Source of the DNA: a virus
Taxonomy: Duplodnaviria; Caudoviricetes
Length of the DNA stretch: 25,061 nt
Reading direction: 5' to 3' (one strand)
IMG/VR virus record: IMGVR_UViG_3300037243_000041
Span: 1 to 25,061 of that record
Shown: piece by piece, positions 14,745-23,102 of the stretch
Layout: each line of letters starts with the position of its first letter
How positions within the stretch are numbered: position 1 is the first letter of the stretch
Translations under genes and position numbers: made by a program
Notes under the pieces: model-generated
The model's input: only the letters and a program-made list of their open reading frames with translations
Database searches by the model: none
What the model was told of the DNA's origin: nothing

Positions 14745-17098
14745 TGTCACGGGAGCAGAAAGCACAGATCGCAGAAGCGATCCGGGTCAAGGCTCAGCGC
14801 GAGCTGCTCCCGTTTATCATGTGGACGAAACCTGGGTACCTCGCGGGGTGGTTCCAGCACGTAGTCTGTGAGGCTATCGATCAGTTCATCGAAGACGTCC
14901 TTGCGCACCGTTCACCCCGGCTCATGCTCTTTGCCCCTCCCCGGCACGGGAAGAGCGAGATCGTGAGCCGTTCGATGCCAGCATTCGCGTTCGGCAAGAA
15001 TCCCGATCTTTCTATCATCGCCACTTCGTATTCCAACGATCTCGCTTCGTCCATGAACCGCGACGTGCAGCGTCGGATCGACACACCGGAGTACCACCAG
15101 CTTTTCCCCGACACCACGCTCTCTCGTTCCTCCGTGCGCACCGTCACCGCAGCGGGCGCGTTCATGCGGAACTCCGACACCTTCGAGATTGTCGATCACA
15201 CCGGGCTTTATAAAAGCGCTGGCGTACAGACCGGCATCTCAGGGCGCGGTTTTGACATTGGCATCATCGACGATCCGGTCAAGGATGCGCAAGAGGCCGG
15301 ATCGCAAACCGTGCGCGACTCCGTGTGGGCGTGGTATCTCTCGACGTTCTTCACGCGCTGCATGCCCGGCGCTGGAATACTCGTGATCATGTGCATGACC
15401 GGAGACACTCCGGTGCTCATGGCCGATGGCACCGAGACGCCGTTGCGTGACGTGCGCGCAGGAGATACAATTGCAACCTATGAAAATGGGGAACTTACAA
15501 CGTCCACGGTGCGGCATTGGAAAAACCAAGGTTGTGATCTTACCTATGGCATTAAGACGATTTCTGGTACAATCGTGAAAGCGAACGAGCGGCATCCTTT
15601 TCTCGTTTGCAGGAACGGAGATCTGGAATGGGTAAGACTGCAAAATCTGAAAGTGGGCGACAAGCTGGTTCGGGCCGCAATCAATGCGGGCAGTGGGGCA
15701 AATGGCGCGGCATTATCTGCGCTGTTGATGGGTGCGAAGAGCCAGCCATTTGCAAAGGCATGTGCGCCCCGCACTACAGCAAAGCGCGGCACGCTGCTGG
15801 ACTCTATCGAAAAGCCACGCCCGAAGAAAATAGGGTGCGGAGAATGCGCAATCGATATGGTATTGAGCCAGAAGAGTTCGACGCGCTGGTCGCCAAACAG
15901 CATGGCAAGTGCGCTGTCTGTGGAAAGCTGCCCACAAGAAGCAACTGTCGAGCGCACTGGGCAAACAAGCTTTGCGTTGACCACGACCACGCCACCGGCA
16001 GAATACGCGGGCTCTTGTGCAACGATTGCAACCTCGCCGTTGGATATGGTAAGACAGAAAGAGTTCTCCTCGCAGCCGCTAAGTACGTTCGAGATCAATC
16101 TCGACGAAATCGTTGAGATCGTCGAGGCTGGCTACGAAGACGTTTTCGATATTCAGGTAGACCGCACAGAGAACTTCATCGCCAACGGCTTGGTGTCCCA
16201 CAATACGCGTTGGCACGCGGACGATCTTGCGGGCCGTCTCCTTGCGCAGATGGAGCGAGGCGGTGAGCAGTGGAAGGTTCTGCGTTTCCCGGCCATCGCT
16301 GAGACGAACGAGACGTACCGGCGTAAGGGCGAGCCACTTCACGCCGAGCGCTACTCGCTGGAAATGCTCAACTCGATCCGCAAGGGCACTTCTGACGCCA
16401 AGGGCGCAACGGCTGGCGTGGGCTCCCAGGTGTGGGCCTCCCTCTACCAGCAGCGGCCATCGTTGATCGAGGGGAATATTTTCAAGGAACAAAATTGGAG
16501 GTACATCAAGTCGCCCACTGTGCCGCCGTCGATGATGAGTTACAAGGAACGGCGGCACTACTTACGCGAGCTTGGCATAACGCGCGTTATCCAGGTGTGG
16601 GATACGGCACTCGGTGCGAAGAAGCAGTCTGATTTCTCGGCTTGTGTGACGCTAGGTGTAGCGCCATCACGGTTCTATGTGATAGACGTGTGGAAAAAGC
16701 AAATCGAGTTCCCGGAAGTGAAGCGGCAGGTGCAACTCCTCTATGACAAATGGGTTCCCGCCAAGGTCTATATAGAGGGCGGTGGCTCTGCGTCAGGAAA
16801 GGCCACTGTCCAAGCCATGAAGAGGGACGCGCGCGTTCCAATTTATGAAACGGTTCACGCGGTTGATAAGGTTCTGCGTGCCAACGCCGTCAGTCCTCAG
16901 CAGGAGTCCGGCTTCTGCTATTTGTTCGAGGGCGAAGATTGGACGCATGATTTCGTTTCGATGTGCTCCGCGTTCCCGAACATTACTCATGACGATGACG
17001 TTGACGCGTTCATCGGCGCGCTCGAAGAAGCAGTGGGACGGCGCGGACCCATGAACATCCCCGATTCACTTCTCAGGTCGGAAGGAGCGATAGCATGA
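14741..17098 (+). CDS. terL: terminase large subunit, intein-containing
   Basis: Walker A APPRHGKS, Walker B GIIDDPVKD, coupling motif IM|TRWH split by the intein, and nuclease motifs WDTA, DFSA and HDDDVDA. Confidence 0.95.
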   Translation: MMSREQKAQIAEAIRVKAQRELLPFIMWTKPGYLAGWFQHVVCEAIDQFIEDVLAHRSPRLMLFAPPRHGKSEIVSRSMPAFAFGKNPDLSIIATSYSNDLASSMNRDVQRRIDTPEYHQLFPDTTLSRSSVRTVTAAGAFMRNSDTFEIVDHTGLYKSAGVQTGISGRGFDIGIIDDPVKDAQEAGSQTVRDSVWAWYLSTFFTRCMPGAGILVIMCMTGDTPVLMADGTETPLRDVRAGDTIATYENGELTTSTVRHWKNQGCDLTYGIKTISGTIVKANERHPFLVCRNGDLEWVRLQNLKVGDKLVRAAINAGSGANGAALSALLMGAKSQPFAKACAPRTTAKRGTLLDSIEKPRPKKIGCGECAIDMVLSQKSSTRWSPNSMASALSVESCPQEATVERTGQTSFALTTTTPPAEYAGSCATIATSPLDMVRQKEFSSQPLSTFEINLDEIVEIVEAGYEDVFDIQVDRTENFIANGLVSHNTRWHADDLAGRLLAQMERGGEQWKVLRFPAIAETNETYRRKGEPLHAERYSLEMLNSIRKGTSDAKGATAGVGSQVWASLYQQRPSLIEGNIFKEQNWRYIKSPTVPPSMMSYKERRHYLRELGITRVIQVWDTALGAKKQSDFSACVTLGVAPSRFYVIDVWKKQIEFPEVKRQVQLLYDKWVPAKVYIEGGGSASGKATVQAMKRDARVPIYETVHAVDKVLRANAVSPQQESGFCYLFEGEDWTHDFVSMCSAFPNITHDDDVDAFIGALEEAVGRRGPMNIPDSLLRSEGAIA
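15392..16204 (+). mobile_element. intein (271 aa) in TerL
   Basis: Block A CMTGDTPVLMADG, block B ANERHPFLV, block F VFDIQVDRTENFIANG, block G VSHN, +1 Thr. Removing it restores LVIM-TRWHADDLAG. Confidence 0.95.
15628..16116 (+). CDS. endonuclease VII-family (His-Me finger) homing endonuclease nested in an alternative frame of the intein (162 aa)
   Basis: GGAG at 15617-15620, 7 nt before ATG 15628; CAVDGC...GMCAPHY Zn finger, RYGI, CAVC and VDHDHATGRIRGLLCNDCN. Confidence 0.9.
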   Translation: MGKTAKSESGRQAGSGRNQCGQWGKWRGIICAVDGCEEPAICKGMCAPHYSKARHAAGLYRKATPEENRVRRMRNRYGIEPEEFDALVAKQHGKCAVCGKLPTRSNCRAHWANKLCVDHDHATGRIRGLLCNDCNLAVGYGKTERVLLAAAKYVRDQSRRNR

Positions 17099-17259
17099 GC
17101 GACGGCAAGAAAACCGAAGAAGTTAAGCGCTTCACCGTCGACGGCAGGTCTGGATCTTGGTGCCCGCTCGGCGACACCGGGCTCATCAAACTTCTTTTCG
17201 ATGACGGCGAGTGTGTCATTGCGGAAATGCACGAAGACGCCGCGAAGGAAACGAAATGA
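17095..17259 (+). CDS. hypothetical protein (54 aa; below the ORF-track cutoff)
   Basis: AAGGAG RBS; ATGA overlaps with the TerL stop and the portal start; MSDGKKTEEVKRFTVDG...AAKETK. Confidence 0.6.
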   Translation: MSDGKKTEEVKRFTVDGRSGSWCPLGDTGLIKLLFDDGECVIAEMHEDAAKETK

Positions 17260-19268
17260 ACATCCCCTGGGTCTCCAAGAAATTCAAGTACTGGCAAGAC
17301 CTCCGCGCCCTTGATCATCGGCGCACCGAGCAGCGCGAGCACGTGCAGGAAGCGCACAAGAAATACAAACGCGAGATCAGCGACGTGGCGATTGCTTCTG
17401 CCATGGTCGATCGCGGACCCAACGCATTCAACGCGCAGTTGCCGAGACCGAAGTTCGATGTAGGACCCTACGTTCCGCCGTTTAAAAACGTCGTCTGCTC
17501 GGAAGAGCACGTCATCGCAATGGACGACATGCTCGCTCCATTTTACGGCCAGAAGGGCTCTGCGTCTGTGCTTCAGAGCGGCGGATTTCCAGGATTTCCG
17601 TACCTCACGGAGTTGACACAGATCACCGAGTTCCGCGATCTTTCCGACACGCATGCCAACGAAATGACGCGCAAGTTCATCAAGCTTCATAGCGATGGCA
17701 AGCACAATAGGGACGACATCATTGCTGGACTCGAAGCAGACTTGAAGAGATTCCACGTCAAGGAGTGGTGCAACTGGGCGGCTCGGTTCGATGGGTACAT
17801 GGGCCGAGCGCAATTGTTCCCGGACTTCGGCGACAATGACGAAGAGCTTCAGTACCCTCTGCTCATACAGTCTCAGAAGATCAAGAAAAATTCTCTCAAA
17901 GGGTTCAAAGGAATCGAACCAATCACCACCTATCCCGCTGACTACAACGCCGACAATCCTCTTGATCCAACCTACTACGTTCCTGAGTCCTGGTTCGTGT
18001 ACTCGAAGCGCGTGCATGCGAGTAGACTGCTTACATTCATCGGCCACCCGGTCCCGGATCTTCTCAAGCCTGTCTACAATTTTTCTGGCATGAGCTTGAG
18101 CCAGCTTGGGCAGCCGTATGTGGACTACTTCTTGACCGCTCGGGATTCAGTCGGGCGACTCATGAAGAACTTTTCCACCTCCGTGTTCAAGACGGACATG
18201 GAGGGCATTCTCGCAGGGCAGAACTACGAGCTTTTCAAGAAGCGGCTACTTTATTTCACCGCCGTGCAGAATAACCAGGGCGTGTTCATGTTGGACAAGG
18301 ACACCGAGGAGTTCGGCAAGGTCGATACTCCGCTCGGCGGCTTGAAAGAGTTGTTGGCGCAGGCCCAGGAGCACATGGCCACCGTCGCGAAGACCCCGCT
18401 ATCAGTGATGTTCGGGCTCTCTCCTTCCGGCCTCACCACCACGGCGGAATCCGACATCACCATTTTCAACAACCACATCAACACTGAGCAGGAATTTCTC
18501 CTTCGTGGACCTCTCGAAGCCATCATCAAGATACTTTCGCTCAATCGCTTTGGGCGCATCTACGATGACGTCGGGTTTGATTTCGTCGATCTCGTTTCTA
18601 TGACGGAAAAAGAACGCTCTCAGATCCGCACTGCCAATGGCGCTACGGATGTGGCGTACATCACGGCTGGCGTGGTCACGAACACCGAAGTTCGACAGAA
18701 GGTGGCCGGTGATCCTGATTCCGGCTTCGATATGCTCAACGTCGCCAAACCTTCCGGCAAGCTCATCACCGCCACAGCTACCTCGCAAACCAAGCAGGAC
18801 AGCGGGTCTCCGACTAACACGGTGCCACAAGAAAATAAGGAGGGCGAGGCGAAAACCGCCGAGCAAGCCGCCGGGCTTATCTCCGCAGCCAACGGAAAAG
18901 ATAGCGCGCTCCTAGCTTCTGCCGTAGACATGATGATCGCCGACGCGCAGAGAGTGGCCATGGATGCGGGGTTCAACGGCAATCAGCACGTCGGCGGGAT
19001 TTCCAAAGATCCCTCCACTGCCGCGATGCAGCACTCCAGCATAGCGATGCGTGCTACGAATCTTGCAAAGAAGAATGGCTTCCCTAGTTCGCACGCCCGT
19101 GCAATGAACGCACACCAGCGCGCGTATCAGGCCCACGAAAAAGCGCTAGCCAATGCGCCTAACCAGATCGCAAGCAACGTGCATCGAACCTACATGGACG
19201 CGCACGAAGCGGCCATCGCCCTTCACACAATGGAATCCGCACCCCAACCCGAGGAGGCTGTGCTGTGA
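17256..19268 (+). CDS. portal protein (DUF1073 type) with C-terminal extension
   Basis: Follows TerL; FPGFPYLTELTQ, EMTRKFI, RVHASRLL, YNFSGMSLSQL and MFGLSPSGL match DUF1073-type portals. Extra His/Ala-rich tail. Confidence 0.85.
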   Translation: MNIPWVSKKFKYWQDLRALDHRRTEQREHVQEAHKKYKREISDVAIASAMVDRGPNAFNAQLPRPKFDVGPYVPPFKNVVCSEEHVIAMDDMLAPFYGQKGSASVLQSGGFPGFPYLTELTQITEFRDLSDTHANEMTRKFIKLHSDGKHNRDDIIAGLEADLKRFHVKEWCNWAARFDGYMGRAQLFPDFGDNDEELQYPLLIQSQKIKKNSLKGFKGIEPITTYPADYNADNPLDPTYYVPESWFVYSKRVHASRLLTFIGHPVPDLLKPVYNFSGMSLSQLGQPYVDYFLTARDSVGRLMKNFSTSVFKTDMEGILAGQNYELFKKRLLYFTAVQNNQGVFMLDKDTEEFGKVDTPLGGLKELLAQAQEHMATVAKTPLSVMFGLSPSGLTTTAESDITIFNNHINTEQEFLLRGPLEAIIKILSLNRFGRIYDDVGFDFVDLVSMTEKERSQIRTANGATDVAYITAGVVTNTEVRQKVAGDPDSGFDMLNVAKPSGKLITATATSQTKQDSGSPTNTVPQENKEGEAKTAEQAAGLISAANGKDSALLASAVDMMIADAQRVAMDAGFNGNQHVGGISKDPSTAAMQHSSIAMRATNLAKKNGFPSSHARAMNAHQRAYQAHEKALANAPNQIASNVHRTYMDAHEAAIALHTMESAPQPEEAVL

Positions 19269-19594
19269 GCAACGCTCTTTATTTCACCAATCCCGCAACA
19301 CCGCAGACAGTCACCGGGGATTGCCCGAACATCGCCAGCGGCAACAATGTCCAGGGAGAGTCGCCCACCTTCGAGGCAACCCTCACCAACACCACCTCTC
19401 CGAGCGCTACGGTGCTGATCTACGGTAGTGTGATGGGGCTCGGATGGACCCTGCTAGGAACGATCACGCTCAACGGCGCCCTAGCCACAGATTCTTTCAC
19501 TCCTCAGTTCAGCATCAACTACACGCAGTACAAGGCCAACGTGCAGGCCATCTCTGGCACGCTCGCTGGTGTATCCGTCGCAGTGGGGTGGTAG
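19265..19594 (+). CDS. putative virion protein, beta-rich (109 aa)
   Basis: GTGA overlap with the portal stop and GGAGG RBS; T/S/G-rich beta pattern ATVLIYGS..GWTLLGTITL. Confidence 0.7.
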   Translation: MSNALYFTNPATPQTVTGDCPNIASGNNVQGESPTFEATLTNTTSPSATVLIYGSVMGLGWTLLGTITLNGALATDSFTPQFSINYTQYKANVQAISGTLAGVSVAVGW

Positions 19595-19595
19595 C

Positions 19596-19862
19596 ATGAC
19601 TACGCTACTTTCTCCCCGCATTTCTACGTCGAACAGGGGCACTGGCACTCTCGTTGCCGGTACCGTGACGATACCAAACACCGGAGTGCAGGCTACGAGC
19701 ATCATCAGCCTCACGGGCGGCGCGCTCAACGCCTCAACCGCCATCGGCAACCTCATTGTCTCAACCATTGTTCCCGGAGTTAGCTTCACCGTGACCTCCA
19801 TCATCGACGCGACGGTAGCCACACAAATAGGCGACCTTCGCACCATCAATTATTCCTTCTGA
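19596..19862 (+). CDS. putative virion protein (88 aa)
   Basis: GTGTLVAGTVTIPNTGV beta motif seen in phage fibre/decoration proteins; packed 1 nt after the previous stop. Confidence 0.65.
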   Translation: MTTLLSPRISTSNRGTGTLVAGTVTIPNTGVQATSIISLTGGALNASTAIGNLIVSTIVPGVSFTVTSIIDATVATQIGDLRTINYSF

Positions 19863-19872
19863 GGAGCGCACC

Positions 19873-20109
19873 ATGGCCCAGTACGTTTTCACTTGCTGCA
19901 ATCGCACCGTCACCGTGCCCGATGACTCTGCTCCCGCCGTGCAGCTTCCGCACCTCTGCATCGGCGACGTGCCGTGTGTAGGCACGGCGGTCTCTACAAC
20001 GCTCACCAACCTGCAAGCAACGTCGGCTGGCGACGTCTCCACCGTGGCCGTGGACCCCGTTACCGGCACCGCCGATGGAACCGACGGAAGCGCCGGAGGT
20101 GGACTGTGA
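19873..20109 (+). CDS. hypothetical protein (78 aa)
   Basis: GAGGAG RBS; its stop overlaps the next GTG. Confidence 0.6.
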   Translation: MAQYVFTCCNRTVTVPDDSAPAVQLPHLCIGDVPCVGTAVSTTLTNLQATSAGDVSTVAVDPVTGTADGTDGSAGGGL

Positions 20110-20465
20110 TTGATCTTCGCGGAAGTATCACCATCGCGGAAGATGGCGACGTGTCGGGCCATGAGTTCCACGGCAACCAACACACCGGTGGCTCTTCCGC
20201 AAACAAGTCGGCCAAGGCCAGCAAAGCCGCCCACAGCGCCACGAAACAGGCCATGAACTTCAAAGGCACGAACGAGCAGAAGTCGATCCTCCACGCGCGT
20301 GCGCAGGGCGTGCACGACAAGGCCGCTAAGCTCGCGGGCAAGGCTTCGCGTGACAAGACTCTTTCTCGCGCCGAACGATCCACCGCCCGCGCGGCGCGAG
20401 CCGAGCACATGCAGTTGAGCGCTGGCCACGGCAAGATGCTCGACAAGCTAGGCCGCGCAAAATGA
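20106..20465 (+). CDS. basic His/Ala-rich protein with N-terminal AED-GHEFHGNQHTGG tag (119 aa)
   Basis: GGAGG RBS; GTGA and ATGA overlaps on both sides; the tag is shared with the MuF and portal genes. Confidence 0.75.
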   Translation: MIDLRGSITIAEDGDVSGHEFHGNQHTGGSSANKSAKASKAAHSATKQAMNFKGTNEQKSILHARAQGVHDKAAKLAGKASRDKTLSRAERSTARAARAEHMQLSAGHGKMLDKLGRAK

Positions 20466-22321
20466 TCAAGCTTCGGGCACCCGGCCCCAACCCGGTTCGC
20501 ATCCGTCCAGTGCAGCCCAGTGCTGCGCTTGCGGCGTGGTACGAAACTGAGTTGGATAAGCTGATCAAGCCCATGTGCGCGGACGTGGCGAAGGCGCTCT
20601 TGCCGATCTGGCACAGTGCGCCGAAGCCCGTCCTCTATATGACGTTCCCTCACGGCGAAGTGAAATTCGAATTGGATGAGATCGAAACCAAGTGGCAGCG
20701 CAAGTTTGCAGAGAGGGCCAACGCGCTAGCTCTCGGCATGACGAAGCGCGTGCTCGAATACTACGACATGTCGTTCGCCGATGCGCTCAATAAAGCTGGC
20801 ATCGGCATTCCGAAACCCGCGATGGATGGTGACGTCGAAGGACACGAGTTCCACGGAAACCAGTGGACCGGCGGTGCGGGCACGGTGATGCGGGAAGCCG
20901 GGCAGCGCGTCGGCTCTGAAAACGTCGACAAAATTTCACGCCCTGGGCATTTCTATCGCGGAATGACTGAGGCGGAGTTCAACAACACCGTGGGCGCAGG
21001 CGCAGGAATCAAATCGAATCAGGCGTATTCGCTGCGTGGAGAAGGAACCAGTCTTTCAGACGACGCCGGAGACGCTGAGAGTTATGTTAATTATGGGCGC
21101 GATGATCCGCGCACCGCAGGCAGGCCGACGTATTTGGTAGAAGTAAAGGGCGGTGACAATATCAAGCTCGACAAGCGTGACGGCTACCACAAGGCGCAGG
21201 AAGCTCTGCCCATGAGCCAAATTACGCGCGCGTGGGAAATGCGCGGAAATGAGAAAGACGAAATTGTCGGCAAACAAATCATTGCCCAGGATGCGGACCT
21301 TGAAGGGCATGCCTTCCACGGCAACCGCTGGACTGGTGGCATTGGCGGAGAAACCAAGGCGGTGGATCTGCAATCCAAGGAGTTCAAGGCTTGGTTCAAG
21401 GATTCCAAGATCGTGGACAGCACCGGCGCGCCTTTGCGCGTGTTTCACGGCACTGATGCGCCTGATATTTCCTCGTTCAACATTCCTGAAAACGGCGTGG
21501 CATATTTCACGCCAGATGCGGACTACCCGTACATCACCAAATCCGACGTCGGCGTCCCTGTCTATCTTTCTATGCAACACCCTTTCTACACCGAAAACCT
21601 CAGTTGGATTGAGGGCGCGCGCGATGATAAGGAATGGGTGCAACAGTTGAAGGACAAGGGGCACGACGGCATCATTTATTCGCGCAAAGGCGACCTCACA
21701 GGCAGAGGACCAAGCGGGTGGGGCGATGACTATGTGCAGATTTGTGTGTTCGCTCCCGAGCAGATCAAATCGTCTATTACAAACAGCGGCAAATTCAGTG
21801 GCAAAGGGCTCGGTGACTCCGCACTCGCCATGGACGCGCGCAAGGATTTCAACGTCAAGTTCTATTTCACGAAACGTCTTCAAGAGACGGCACAGGCGCA
21901 CATCGACGATAACATCGCGCTCATACACTCCATCCCAGAGCAATTTCACCGCCGCGTTAAGCGCATGGCCTGGAAGAGCATCGAAAGCGGGCGCGACATT
22001 GCAGGCTTCATCAACCAGCTAGAAGAAGAGTTCGACATCACGCTTCGACGCGCGAGCCTCATTGCCAGGGATCAGAACAACAAAATGACCGCTATGTTCC
22101 ACCGAACGCGCCGGCTGGATTTGGGGCTCACTACCGCGATCTGGCGGCATACGCATTCTTCTCTTCACCCGCGAGAGGAGCACATCGATTTTGATGGAGA
22201 ACCATACAGCATCGAAGAAGGCATGTATAGTGAGGAAGAAGGCGAAAATGTTTGGCCTGGCACTATGATTTGCTGCGGCTGCGTAGACGAAACTGAAATC
22301 CCTGGGTACGAGGAGAACTGA
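20462..22321 (+). CDS. head morphogenesis protein (MuF/SPP1 gp7-like) with internal ADP-ribosyltransferase-like cassette
   Basis: C-terminal NIALIHSIP...RASLIARDQNNK...WRH...PREEH..FDG...PG..ICCGC is the MuF domain; the internal FKAWFKDSKIVD..G.PL.VFHGT...YFT...GHDGII...VFAPEQIKS is ART-PolyVal-like. Confidence 0.85.
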   Translation: MIKLRAPGPNPVRIRPVQPSAALAAWYETELDKLIKPMCADVAKALLPIWHSAPKPVLYMTFPHGEVKFELDEIETKWQRKFAERANALALGMTKRVLEYYDMSFADALNKAGIGIPKPAMDGDVEGHEFHGNQWTGGAGTVMREAGQRVGSENVDKISRPGHFYRGMTEAEFNNTVGAGAGIKSNQAYSLRGEGTSLSDDAGDAESYVNYGRDDPRTAGRPTYLVEVKGGDNIKLDKRDGYHKAQEALPMSQITRAWEMRGNEKDEIVGKQIIAQDADLEGHAFHGNRWTGGIGGETKAVDLQSKEFKAWFKDSKIVDSTGAPLRVFHGTDAPDISSFNIPENGVAYFTPDADYPYITKSDVGVPVYLSMQHPFYTENLSWIEGARDDKEWVQQLKDKGHDGIIYSRKGDLTGRGPSGWGDDYVQICVFAPEQIKSSITNSGKFSGKGLGDSALAMDARKDFNVKFYFTKRLQETAQAHIDDNIALIHSIPEQFHRRVKRMAWKSIESGRDIAGFINQLEEEFDITLRRASLIARDQNNKMTAMFHRTRRLDLGLTTAIWRHTHSSLHPREEHIDFDGEPYSIEEGMYSEEEGENVWPGTMICCGCVDETEIPGYEEN

Positions 22322-22322
22322 A

Positions 22323-22532
22323 ATGGATGACGCTACTATGATAAACGATCTGGAAGAAGAGCTTGCCATCGCAGAAGGCGTCGAGCCTGACCCATCGCCC
22401 ACTGACGACGCGCCGGCCCCGGAGCTTTCCGCCGACGAACGCGCCGTTAAGTCCAACCAGGAATCCATGGCGATCCTCGCAAGTAAGGGGCTCCTCACTG
22501 ATTCATTCACCACAAACCTATCACTTCGCTGA
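22323..22532 (+). CDS. acidic hypothetical protein (69 aa)
   Basis: GAGGAG RBS; 1 nt after the MuF stop. Confidence 0.6.
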   Translation: MDDATMINDLEEELAIAEGVEPDPSPTDDAPAPELSADERAVKSNQESMAILASKGLLTDSFTTNLSLR

Positions 22533-22542
22533 AGGGGACAAA

Positions 22543-22773
22543 ATGACAGCCCAGGATGCCGCACTCATCGCCACCGCCGCCGCCGACGCCACCAGTGCGC
22601 AGGCCAATACCTTGAACACTTCTCAGCTTCACTTTGCCGCCTACGCGGCGCACGCCCAGGCGCAGGCAGCTTGGAATGTGCAGGGGAGCACTACTGCCAA
22701 ATCAGCCGTGCACGCCGCGCAGGCTGCAAACCACCTCACAACCGCCAACCAGCTTAAAGTTGCTGGCAAATAG
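22543..22773 (+). CDS. Ala/His-rich helical protein (76 aa)
   Basis: AAGGGG RBS before ATG 22543 (MTAQDAA); contains HFAAYAAH and HAAQAANH. Confidence 0.65.
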   Translation: MTAQDAALIATAAADATSAQANTLNTSQLHFAAYAAHAQAQAAWNVQGSTTAKSAVHAAQAANHLTTANQLKVAGK

Positions 22774-22781
22774 GAGATACC

Positions 22782-23093
22782 ATGTCCCTCTTGGATTCCG
22801 TTAACACCATGAAAGCAAACGTCGATAAAGCCAACGCCATCGTCGAAACCTTGACCCCGCTCCGAGAAGATTTCGAAGCTGAGGCGAAGAACATTGGCGG
22901 CATCGATCGAAGCAAGATGTATTTCGGTGTCAATGAAGACGGCACCGCCACCATTCTTTCCTTCAACCCGGCCAACGGCGCCCCGAAGTTCGACGTCGCC
23001 CTTCCGCTTCCCGCTGCGCCGGTCCTCGCGCCGGAGCCCGCCGACAAGGCGGCTGAAAACGTTGTCGCGCTCGAAGTGCCGACCCGGCAGTAG
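22782..23093 (+). CDS. hypothetical protein (103 aa)
   Basis: TAGGAG RBS; operon packing. Confidence 0.7.
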   Translation: MSLLDSVNTMKANVDKANAIVETLTPLREDFEAEAKNIGGIDRSKMYFGVNEDGTATILSFNPANGAPKFDVALPLPAAPVLAPEPADKAAENVVALEVPTRQ

Positions 23094-23102
23094 GAGATCG
23101 CC

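Noticed and set aside
17256-19268. Anti-CBASS Acb1 label sometimes attached to DUF1073 proteins
   Set aside because: No 2H-phosphoesterase HxT/S pair was recognised; position and motifs indicate a portal.
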